DNA of 64,000 nucleotides from Phoronis australis. Its lineage: Eukaryota; Animalia; Phoronida. Location: positions 1-64,000 of the forward strand of contig NMRA01000377.1 of the NCBI GenBank assembly GCA_002633005.1, read 5' to 3'. A program made the position numbers and the translations under genes. This document shows positions 25,101 to 37,100 of this stretch, piece after piece. How positions within the stretch are numbered: the first letter of the stretch is position 1; the number at the start of each line of letters is the position of its first letter. A model generated the notes under the pieces. It did not search any database, had not been told where the DNA came from, and saw only the letters and a list, made by a program, of their open reading frames with translations.

Positions 25101-28100
25101 AAAATGTTCATACCCAGTGCCGGTGCATTCTGGGGGAATCTTTTGGATGAGCGGAAGCTTCTCCCCATAGAATGAAAATTTTTTTGGTCCTAATGTAGAG
25201 AACTTTGCATGATTTATTATTGTTTTTCATAGGAAAGTGGGACGAATATTCGGTCCCAAAGTTTAGGCATACTCGCTGCTCTTTACTGAAGAGGACATGA
25301 AATGGAGATCTTGTGGGCAATGTGTGTCCACCTCATTACGTGCGTAAGGGATGTTTGCATTGGGAAATTTTAAAAAGCTTGGTGCACAATCACTCCATTT
25401 TAGACCGTGAACCCCTTCATCACATTTTCTTTACATCAGCTGATGTTTTATTTAACTATTGTATGAAAAGTCGTTAACCCGATTGACCGTTCGGATACAC
25501 ATACGGGACTCTCACAGACTTCGAATTTTATGTTGTTTTTAAGTACCTATACTCGGGTTAATGTCCTCCCTCCAGGCGGTAAGTCGGACAAATACGGTGT
25601 GCGCTATTCTGTACTAATGTGTAAAGCCGCATCAAATGTATTTGCGAGTTGTTTCATGAGCACCTTTGAACTATAATGTGAAGGTTGGGTGTATTATTGG
25701 TGGTTAAGTTATAACAGCATTTACTGTTATTGCTGCAACCGGTTTACCAAGAAATCTGGGTCCTCTAAGCCTCAACATCATCAAATATACATCCCTTCCT
25801 CAGCCATACACCTGTGAATACTATTACATACTTTCTAATGATTTAGCCATGTGCTATGCAAACTCCCACTACAGCAGTTCACTCTATCCTTAATTAGCCA
25901 ATCAATCTTGGTCTTGTTTGTAAGGAACTGTCAGTCAGCTTGGTCCTAATTTGTTTATCATCTGCTTTGTCCTGTGTACAATCTCACCAATTGCAGCGAA
26001 AAGTAATGCCCAACTTGCCTATTTTCTGCAAATCCTCAAAATGATTTGTGATGGCGTATAGCTAAAGTACAGATATTGAAAGTAGCATGACAGCAAGGTG
26101 GTGCCGCTAGAATCGATTTGTTTATCTTCTGCCATGTTGTTATGTGAAATCTCTCATTTTCAGGCTTTGCCAAACTTACCTAATGCTTGCAAATCTAGAA
26201 ATATTGTGCGATGTTACGGTCGAAATACAGAAATTGAAAATGTACACTACCAAAATGGTGCTATAAAAACGAGAAAATGAAAATTTTTGGTTTCAAGAAA
26301 GGCAAATAATTATAAGGTGTGTGACCATCTTTGAGGCAGTACAAGTTGTGCTCAATCAACTTCCGTCACTGCAAATTCCAATGAGCACTGAAACTGTGTC
26401 ATGACAGAAATAATTATTAAGTACAACCTTGCGCAGCTTGCATGCCAACATTTCCATTTTTTTCAAAAGCCGACAACATTACTGCAAATAATGAAAAAAT
26501 TACTTGAACTTGCTTTATGAAATCTGTACAGTACAAACCATGCTAATGATGGATTAAAATTTTCTTGATTTTTATTCTTGTGGAGAAATTTGATACAAGA
26601 ATTTCACTCGGTCATATTGTGCGCTAAATAGTTGAAGAATTACCGTGCCACACTCCGTCTGGATATATCTTATGAGGCTCTGTGATTGTCAGCTTAAGCC
26701 ATTCTAAACTGTCTGAAAATTTGCCAGAGTTTGTCTACCAGTTTCATAATTAGTCGATGCTGTTAACCTACATATGGAGGTAAAGTTCAAAGTTTAATTT
26801 AATTAAGTGAAATTTAGAAACTCATGACTAAGACAGCCTTATTTAATGACCAAGTTGGCATTCAAATTTTTCGTCTAGCGGTTGTTCCTGTTGGAAAAAA
26901 TCAGGACATAATTGGCAAAAAGAAAAAGAATTTAGATAAAAAACGTTAGTTTAACTAATGTGTGAATTTATATAAAGTTTTTAATTCTTAAGGTGTGAGT
27001 TGAAATTTTCTTGTTGTGACTGAGTTTAGGATAAGTAAGCTACTCAAAGTACTTAATTTGATATTTGACAAAAGATTTTTTTGCAGTTGTATGTACCACA
27101 TTGTTGTGGTGACAAAAAAGTGTGAGCTCTGACGATAAAAATTGGAATAATAAAATGTTTCACCTCGCCATGTCAGAGCAGTGTGGCTGGAGAAATAAAC
27201 ATTTTAAGGGAGGCGTCCAGTATCAACAAGTGCAAAACGATATTAAACCTTAGCCTGACTAGAATGGAAGCAGGATTTCAAGATTCCTTTGATTGTTTTT
27301 TATTCAAACTGAAACAATTGGAAGCTTTAAATTTTTCGCACTTTGTATTGAAATCTGGGCTTTAACTCTTCAATCTCTGAGCAAAATAAGATTAACTCAG
27401 ACTCAGGCTCAAAACTAAATAACCAATCATGGTGCATTATCGAGTAGGAACTTGTAAGTTTACTCGAAGCGTACTGTGAAATTATTCAGTTTTTGAATTG
27501 AGTTTTGTTATAGAAATTAAACCTAGTGCCCAGGGCTTCAATCACCTTGAGTTTACCATTTTCATACAGTCTGTCAAGGACTTATTTTACTTTGCAACGT
27601 TACTCACATGAATACAATCTCCAACTTTCTCCTCCAGGTGGTGTTTGCATTGAATCAAACTCTCTGGCAGCATGAGCACTATCGTCAAAGCGAGGGGACA
27701 ATGCCATATACAACGGAAGATCTGATTCGTCACTACAACTGCGGAGATCTGAACTCGGTGATTTTCAATCACGACACGGCGCAGGTGCCCAAGCTTAGCA
27801 ATTCATCCATGCACGAACAGGATATGAGGACTGCACAAACTATAGACGACTATTTCCGTCAGAAGCTGATTTATATGCGGAACAAGCGAATGGCACATCG
27901 TGTAATGAGGTTACTGAACGCTCATCCGAAGAAAAGTTTCTTCTTTGCTTTTGGTGCAGGTATACAATGGTGAAGACCTTGAAGGATGTGGCAACCATTT
28001 TGAACAAAATGAGCACCAGCCGCAGATCCAGGACTTTGTCCAGGGGGTCTGACACAGAACTAACATAGTGGAGGCTTGAGATTCCTCCATTAATTTTAAA

Positions 28101-31100
28101 GTGATGCGAGCAGATTGTGGTCTGGACCCCCTGGACCTCCTCTGGATGCGCGTCAGCAAACACTGTTGGGGTGTGTTCCAAAACGCTAGACACTCGCAAG
28201 ACATTTGCTGCGAGAAATCGAGGCTTATGGAGCAGAAATAGTGTGTTTGCATACACTTTGTCCCCATATTTCTGTGTTTTATCGTTTTCAACCTGTCTCT
28301 CCAGAAGCATCCATTTTGCTCTGGGTAGTCTGATATGCCGTCCACACTCTGAGTTTTCCCAGAACAAGTTACTCCTGAAACAAACTGTTGCTAAGTTTAG
28401 TAGTAGTGGGGATGGGTTTTTGCTCTGGGGCAACTTGACACATGTGTGACAACTTACCCCACCTTATCGAGGTAGGGTAACTTCTTCTAGGGTAGCATAC
28501 CCTTGGCAGAAGTGGTAGTGTGGATGCAAGACTGCAGACAAGGTGGAAATAATTACCAGCTGCACACTTGCTCATTTGCACATAATACAAGACAAAAGTA
28601 TTCAGACAAAATACCATTTTACCATCATGACGACTAATTCTGTTATAATATAATTATATATATATTATAATATAATTATGGAGTCAAAATCACAGAATTA
28701 TAGAATGAGTTAGCCACCTTACTAACTTTCCTGTTAAATCCTCATCATTCTGGGTCATGAGGGTCAAGGCCACTCTGGGGAGGAATTTGGCTTCTACGCA
28801 GACGTCATAATGGGGGAATTCTGGGTCATTTTGTCTGAATTCTTTTAGCGTGTACTGTGTGTACCTGACGGAGTCTAATTCTGTTTGCACCATTATATTT
28901 GTTGAAATTGTAGGTTATGTTATTTATTCATCGGCTGAACGGTTGCAAGTTACTGTTAGGCATGTTTTTCTTGGGTAACTCGTAGTGTGGACGGGACTTG
29001 TGCCTACTTAGTCAAGAGCTCACTGGTGAAATAACCGTCTTTCACTCGTATTCCTAAAAATAGCCTTATGGAACAGGCTCCTGTTGTCAGTGTCAAGCAA
29101 CAGATGGCACTGCCTTTTCAAAATGACCCTGTAAAAATCTTCATTTTTGGACAAAATACATTGGTTTCAAAGAATAATTGAAATGTTTCAACAAAGTTTA
29201 TTTGGCTTTGGCTAAGTTCATGTGAAAACCCAAATGGAAAACGAATGGAAAATAACACCAAATTATTTCGAATTTATCTGGAAATTTTTGCTGCAAAATT
29301 TGCCAATTTAATCTGTCTCAATAGTGCAATTTTGTTATGATAATCCATCCGAGTACCTAAGTCCGAGTAACTAATACATCTACTCGATGATATCAAACTT
29401 CCTAAGCACCTAAAATTTTGAAATTCTGATCAATATAATTTCACTAAAAGAAGTTTCAGAAACACCCCAGACAAATAATTGTGTTTATTATTTGGCCACA
29501 GAGCATGAGTGGATAATATCCTATTCAAATTGGTGCTAATAACATGTCAAATTCATAGTCTGTTATGTCTGGCAATTTTGCGTTATGAGAAGGAATTTTG
29601 TCAACATTTTTGTACACTATTTTAATTGCTAAAATTGCGATTAATTAAACCTGTGAACCTTACAAATCGTGCTTTTGACAAAACGATGTTAAGTTGGAAA
29701 TTGTGCTCTTGTTGAAAAATTTTAGCAAATGAAATTCCATTTTCCCACCATACTGTGACCAAAAATGAAAAATTTTTACTATAGCCACATATTGTCAACT
29801 ACTACTCTGATGTTCAACCACTATACCGTAATCATCTAAGTTAGCACCTATGTATTTCCCATTGCCGTAATTCACCCACTCTTGAAATTCCAAGTATTTT
29901 TAAATGCGTATTCTCGACTCGCCACCCATCTCCCACTGTACATTTGAGAGTTCCTCAAAAGGCCCCGTGTCGTAGATAACGCTCATCTTGCACAAATTTT
30001 AAGTCCTAAAATAACGGCACTTGTTTCCTTTTGAGTAATGAACACTCAGAGTTTGAGTTTATTATGCCCTCTGTCCATGATATGCTTATGTGTGCGTTCT
30101 TTGAAATATGCAGTCTGGCTAAAAAGTGTAAGATTCCTGACTGAAGAAAACTATGTCCCTTAATTACAGCACTTATTTAGTTATTTATTACAAAAATCAC
30201 AATTGTGGAAATTGTTGTTTTTTTGTTTTGCAGAGGCTAACTGCCTCGTTACTAGTAATCGAAATTTCACTGTGTGCTTTTTATGGCAGACACATGGCAC
30301 AAGGCAGACGTATGGTACTAGGCAGACGCATGGTACTAGGCAGACGTATGGTACTAGGCATGCTAGTAAAATTTCCATAATTGTGAAGAACTTTGACAAA
30401 ATAATAGTCCCCTTGATTGTCACCATTGTATACTTACATAGTTAAGAGTTGTCATACAAAATTACAAAGAAATCTCCATGTGCCTTTATTTGATGGTTAA
30501 TTATTCAACACCTATTTTTTTTCCTTGTAGGTCATTTTCTTGGCAATAACACAATTCTAGATCAGCTGAGTAGCCAAGGTTTCCAGTTAACGCATGTTAA
30601 ACCTTGGCATAACCTTCCTAGGTAAGTACTTGACACTAGAAAACTATAGTTTAGAGTGTAGATCTTGGATCATCACAGGGGCCTAAGAGCTGGACTGAAA
30701 TATAGAGTTTGGTGGTGATTCTGAGGGGTACACCAATGCCATAGTGAATGAGCAGCACCCCTAACCTCACTCTGGATCTGTCCCTGCAAGCTTTGCCATT
30801 GAAATGGTATTCAGTACATAATGAACATGCTGTTATCATCCGTTTGATGAAGTTAGTCCATCAAAAGAGTGAAAATGTGAAAGCAAACGTCTTCATTCAT
30901 CAGGCAACTTTTATATTAATGGTGTCAGCTGTTGTGTATTGTCCTGAAATCTAACAAAGACTTCGGTTTGCTAAGGAATTTCAACCAACCCGATTAGGTG
31001 AGCTCGGGCTACACTGGACAGTTTAACCAGACAAAATTGTTATGAATTAAAACAATGAGCTGATGGTGGGATGATTTGTAACCCAGTGTCACTGAAAATC

Positions 31101-34100
31101 TCACTAATTCAGGACACAATATGTCAGATAGTTGAAATTTTATTTTCTCATTTTTATAACCGTCAGCTCCAAATCAATGCTTTTCCTGTTTTTTAAAGTG
31201 TTTCCATGGTTTGACAAAGTTTTGTGTAGATTAATGGGCGTTCACAACAAAGCTAAACGCCTTTGAAATTGGCAAGATGTTACCAAAACACCTGGAGACT
31301 AAACTGTGTGGAGACTTGCTGGAGTTAAGCCAGATATTATCTCAGCCGCACGTTGTTCCATGAAACAGGTGTGGTCAATTATGGTACTCATTTTTAGACT
31401 GCAAGGTGTAGACAAAACACTGAGAATGAAAACATATTTCCCTTCACTTTTACTATTGTGTGTACACATCTGGACACGTCTAGTATGCCTACAGGTTAAG
31501 TAAATCAGTGTGTAAAAGTCTTGCTGAGCAGATCAAAAGAGAAAACAATTCCTGTGGACAAGACATTTACGTTTGGCAAGAGGGGAATAGTTGTGGAAAG
31601 CACCCCATAGATTGGACACCGTTTTCTGAACTTGTGACTTGGCTCCAAGGCAAATACGTTAGTTTCAGATGCTCCGAGTAACCTTAGCTGTGAATCGGAA
31701 TTTTTGCAGAAACCCCCTGTTGGCATAACATTATCACTAATGTATTACCGCTGAGTTAATTGCGATAACGCTTTTGTGGAAAATGACCTTGCCCCAGGCA
31801 ACACACTGGTGGATCATGATAAGGCCTTTGATCATGTTAATCGCTGTGTTGATGGAAACATTTTTGTTTCTTGATATGATTGTCACAATTTCAGTAGATA
31901 AAAAATGCTAAGTATGTGCGTGTGACAGGTAGCCTGAAACTTGAAGCTTTTATGAAATGATTAGTGGTCACAGACTTGGCAATTAACCTAGTTGACGGTT
32001 TTCTTAGGTGTTCATACTTTTCAGTTTAGTAGAAATCAAGGACAGACGTAATTTTGGGTTGTCCACGATGTGTCTAATTTAAGTTTGTGAATAATGGTTA
32101 CCGTTTTTATATGAAAAAATTCCTTTTAGTTATATCCATCTGTCAACTTTTCTGTTTGATCAACTATCATGAAGACAAGTATTCACGGCCTTGACTAGGC
32201 GATCTTAAACTGGACGAATATGAGATTTCTTGATTGTGTCAGTCAGTGTACAAGTGTTTAAGCAGGCTGCATGGACCCCCTGAATTGCTTCCTGAATCAG
32301 CATCTGCAGTGTTCATTTTCAGTACGCATCAATCCTGTTCTTAATGATGTTGATTGGGCATCTCCAGCAGTTGTTAAGCGAGTGACACATTTTCGGGGAG
32401 CGGGATTGCGCAACTTGGCTCATTTAGGTTTCTCATGTGCATGCAGTCTCATTAATAATGTCTTTATTCTCACTGCCTGACATCCCTAATTCTGTTGGTG
32501 TCATTAACTTCAGGGTTGTAAAGCCACTCTGAACTATAGGTTCGGCTGGACTGCTGAAATATCAGTTTTATGTTTTTTAGATTAGATTACCCCAGTATTT
32601 TTAACTGCAGCTAGTGAACTTAAAGACAAACATGGTGTGTTGCTAGTACCATTAGGTACAAGTGCACCGAGTGTATAGCCTACCGTTTCTGAGAATAAAC
32701 TGGACATTAAATTAGAGGATATTTGAGTAGAGGCATGCCCCAGGATTTTAGAAAGTTTAAATTTCTTGATATTTACCGGCAGTAGAAATAAGGAAGCACT
32801 AAAAAGACACATGTCCTGTCCTTTTAGTTTTGACAGAAACTAATATCCCTGTTTATTTGCCACACCAGACAGCTATGTCAAGTAGCAGCTGATAAGCATA
32901 ACTCATCCTTTCTCAACTTTTCTGTATTAAATAAATTAAAACAAAACTTGAATTGAAGTTCACAGCAAGGACTTGGAATTTTCCTCTTTTAAGTGGATTC
33001 CCTCTTTTTTGGTTTCGATTTCCTCTTATTTGATTGCCAGTTTCCTCTTTTTTCGTCTCTTTTTTATCATTTAATTTTATTCATACAAAAACGTTTATTT
33101 CAGTTAAATTTTACAACAGAAAGTGTTTCTATCACACAATCATATTTAGTTGTGGAACGATACATCCCCTGGAAAATGTTCTTCCTTTTTGTCATTGGTC
33201 ATTCCAAGCCTACCATGCAATATTGGTCCTTTGCGGGTGGAGTTTCGAGGACAGAGATTAGACGCCGCTCTCAGGCCTCTGCCTGGTTATTCTCTGAATT
33301 CTGCAGTCCAAGCTGTTGGATTTCAACCAACGGTACATTTGAGGTTTGGTTGGTTTGGTTTTGTGGTCAAGGTTAAACTGGCATGGTTCAAAACACGTTT
33401 TCCTTTTCTAAACTATATCTCCTTTTAAGAAAGGAATCAAATGTCATATTGAACTAATTTAAAACTACTAATTCTTCAGCGGTGTTTTGTCTGACTTCTT
33501 TGGGTGGGGTAGTATTGATTTGGCTAATAACCCTTCTGCCCACACAATTAAGATCTGTTTTGAAGTACACATGATGGTTTAGACTCAAATATTAGCACAA
33601 CTAAATGTAACAGGACACTCAATTACTCCCGAAATGTCTTCCAGCAGTTATTCTACAAGAGTAATTGAGGACGATATCCTGACACTTGTTTTGTTTGCCA
33701 CAAATGAAAATAGCACAGTGCCTTGAAGGTCTATGAACAATAACATTGACAGAAATGCTGTGTATTTTTGAGGGCATGTTGTGTGTTTTTAACTATTTTT
33801 GGTATAATTTGTAACCAACGTACTGTACAGTTTGTCTTCATTTGACGGTTTTTTGCCCGGCTAGAAATTTCTGAGTCAATTGTTCACACACATGCTCTAA
33901 TATGTTTGGCCAGCGCTCAACAATGTTTAGTGATTATAAATTAAAATAGATGTGATTTGGAAAATTTACAAAAAGTATATGCAAGTCTTTTCCAGGAGTT
34001 GCATTTATCTGGTCTAATTTAATGAGATCTCTCAAGGGGAATTTTTGCTTAAAGGAAGAATTCTTGAGTCGAAACCCAGGCGATGGTGAAAAAAATGAAA

Positions 34101-37100
34101 ACGGAATGTCAGTATGTCTAATTTCCTAAGAAAAATATCTATTAAGAATATTTTAAACAGGTGTCGCAAAACAACATTTGGTGCACCACTGAGCATTTGC
34201 AGCATTTTATGAAGTCGTTGAAATAGGAAAATGTCAATCGTAGCAATTCTTTTTCCTCACATAGAGAAGTTTTTTCCATAGACGACTATTAATTACAGAT
34301 CTGGTCTCTGGGTTTTCTGTGGATATTTACCTCCCATGTTGCAGAGCAACCAATTGAGGCATCTAACGAGCAGTCTTGAATTTCAGTTTTTCAAGGATTG
34401 GTGTTAGTAGCTGGTTTCATATCCTGTTATAAGCCAAAAATATTTAATGTTAGGTCTAAAAAATACGTTTCACCTCCAGATGTTGATGGCATATTTTGTG
34501 CATGATTCAAAACATGTTGGCAATCTGTCAAAAAACTAAATTCTTAAATGGTTATAAACATAGTATTTTCTCGTGAAAATGAACACTTGGAACCATAGCA
34601 AGTGTAGACCCTGTTTCAGGTTTCAATCCAATTGCAATATTTTACAATTCCACTCAGAAAACTTGTCACTTGATATCGGCATGTTCTGAATGTGTATGAT
34701 CTTGCTGGTATTTTTAACTCCACTGGTAATTTAAATGGTACTTACATCACAAATGGTATTTTCTCCACTAATGGCACGTAGTTTTCAAAATAAACTAGAT
34801 GCACTTTGGCAGAACTGTCATATTCTGCCAAACTTGTCATGCTTTAACCCTGAATTATGGAACAGTAAAATAGTCAAATTTTGTCACAATAAAATGTCAT
34901 TTTTGCCAAACTTAACTCAGAGGTTGATGTGCTGTTATTGAGCTTAGCTGGTTATTTTTATGTGGAATTGCAAAGCAAGTTGTCTCGATTTCGGCAAAGT
35001 TCGAGGAGCAACACCTGTCAAGATTTTGTCGAGATTTTTTGCGAATTGTAATGTTCTAGTCGAAAAGAAATGGGTCTTAAGTTACGTTTTTTTGCGTGGA
35101 AACTTTGTTAATTTCAACATTGTCCAGTTTATTTTTAAACCAATATACCGACCTCACTGAAGTTAGAGTGTGAGGAGGAGAAACAAAGAACATGATCTTA
35201 TCACTTGATGTTATTTTGCCGATCTTTTACTTTTCCCAGGAAAGTGTGTGCTATGTGTTCAGACAGTCTATAGTGGCTGTGTGGATAGACTTGAAAGCGT
35301 TTCACCCATTATTTCCCATACAGTTGTCTCCAGCCCTGATTACCTTCACCACAGGATTTTATTGAATCGATGGCTCCTATCAAGTCGGTTTAAAAATAAC
35401 TTTGTATTTTTAAAAATAACAGTTTGTTTCTTCACAACTGATTAGTCAGAAAAATCATTTGGTTTAACCATGGGGGCAACTGTGCCTTTTGTCAAACTAT
35501 GTTTATTCCATTTCAAATGATAGGGACCTTTTATTTTATTCTGCCTTTTTTGATATTATTTTGTTTAGAATGTCGTCTGCTGCTAATGTATCGTCTGCTG
35601 CTAATGTATCGTCTGCTGCTAATGTACCTTATGCCATATGTACTTACGTTCCCATTTACACATTTTGTCTCTCATTTAAATTTTACATGTATTCAGGCAT
35701 CCGAAAAGCTGAAGTTTGTTTTTATCCTCTAATTGGAATAGTTCGAGTCATGTTGTTTTGGATAAACCTATGCCCATCCAAAAGTTTGTCTTGAGTAGAC
35801 ATGATCTAATGTCTGATATGGTATATTGCTTACTGAGTGTTTCACATAAAAGCAGTTACAAACCAGCTTTCTGTAACAAAAAATAACTTTTGACTCAGAT
35901 CACATACCGTAATGAAATCAATTTCAGGTTTGAGGTGATTTCAAAGCTTCTGAAGAATTGATTGTTCCAGCGTTGAGTGTGTTCTCAGGGACTAATGCTC
36001 TTCCAATTCTTTGTGAACCCAGCAATCACTTATCACCTGAGTATGAAAGAAAAGGCAGATTTGTGGCCGATTAAATAATAAATACTTTTTAATGTAATTA
36101 TCTCAAGTGATCTGTTTCTTAGACTGATATGGCACGATGAAAGCCATAGTCTTCTAGTTGATAGCCAGCTACAGGAAATGGATTTTTTAAGTACGTACAA
36201 GATATCTGATATTGTTCAAGTCTTTGGGAGTGTTCTGGACACATGAAGTTGCTAAATTTAGTCCAACTTGTAGTAAAAATAATTGCAGGGGGCATCACTA
36301 ATTTGAAAAGTGCTTGAAAATGACGTAAATTGTTACTCATTGTATTTCCGCTGTCTTTCATTTTGGCTATTTTTTCTCGGAAAATGTTACAGGGTGTGCA
36401 AAAGATTTGTTTAAGTGCCAGTTGCTCAGTATTAAGGCCATGCCTTCAACAAATATTATATTTCCATGGATACTGTGTAAAGTGTGCGTTATTCTCAAAT
36501 AGACTAACATTTAAACTTAGCTAGATTAACTTAAGTTGCCAAAGCAAGGTTTCCTAGGAAACTTAGTATTTTTAATTACTGGAAGGAGTTAAAGTTACCC
36601 TACTCATCATTAAATTAATGAAAAGTAAACATTTTGTTTTTTGTTGAAGGCGCAAGATTCTTTTCAACTGTCTAAAATAGTCTGCTTCAATGGTTTGCTT
36701 GTGGAGTACATTTCAGTCTTATAAATTTATCTGCTGTTTTGTATCAAGTCAATTATGAGGGAGGTATTTCAAAGATATCAGTTTACTTTCATACATGATG
36801 GTTGAACTAAATGGGAGGGTGTCTGTTCAGGAAAGCCAATTTTGTGGTTTCAGGAATATTGTCTGTTATGTTTAAAAGAAATTTACTATCTAGGTGAGAA
36901 TAGTTTCAATTTCACATTTGTTTAAACCACATTTTTATGTTCCGGATATAGTTGAAAAATGTCACTGCACAGAGGTCACCAAAATATCCTCACCCGGCCT
37001 ATATCATTGTCTCACTGCACAGAGGTCACCGAAATATCCTCACCCCTCCTATAGCATTGTCTCACTGTGCACAGAGGTCACCAATATATCCCCACCCCTC

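Noticed and set aside
24149-25320. Twin 70-aa ORFs suggesting a duplicated small gene (also twin ORFs at 21991-22805)
   Set aside because: They lie inside the N-split duplications and have no coding hallmarks.
27840-28449. Long ORFs 27840..28433 (-), 27911..28345 (-) and 28117..28449 (+)
   Set aside because: They overlap the antisense of TIKI exon 3 and a MITE copy, with no recognisable domain or splice support.
28643-28680. AT-only quasi-palindrome
   Set aside because: Low-complexity sequence, expected in an AT-rich intron.
31270-31282. TGGCAAGATGTT resembling the 5' end of miR-31 (also TGGAAGACTA near 10026 resembling miR-7)
   Set aside because: The match ends after 10-12 nt and there is no precursor hairpin.
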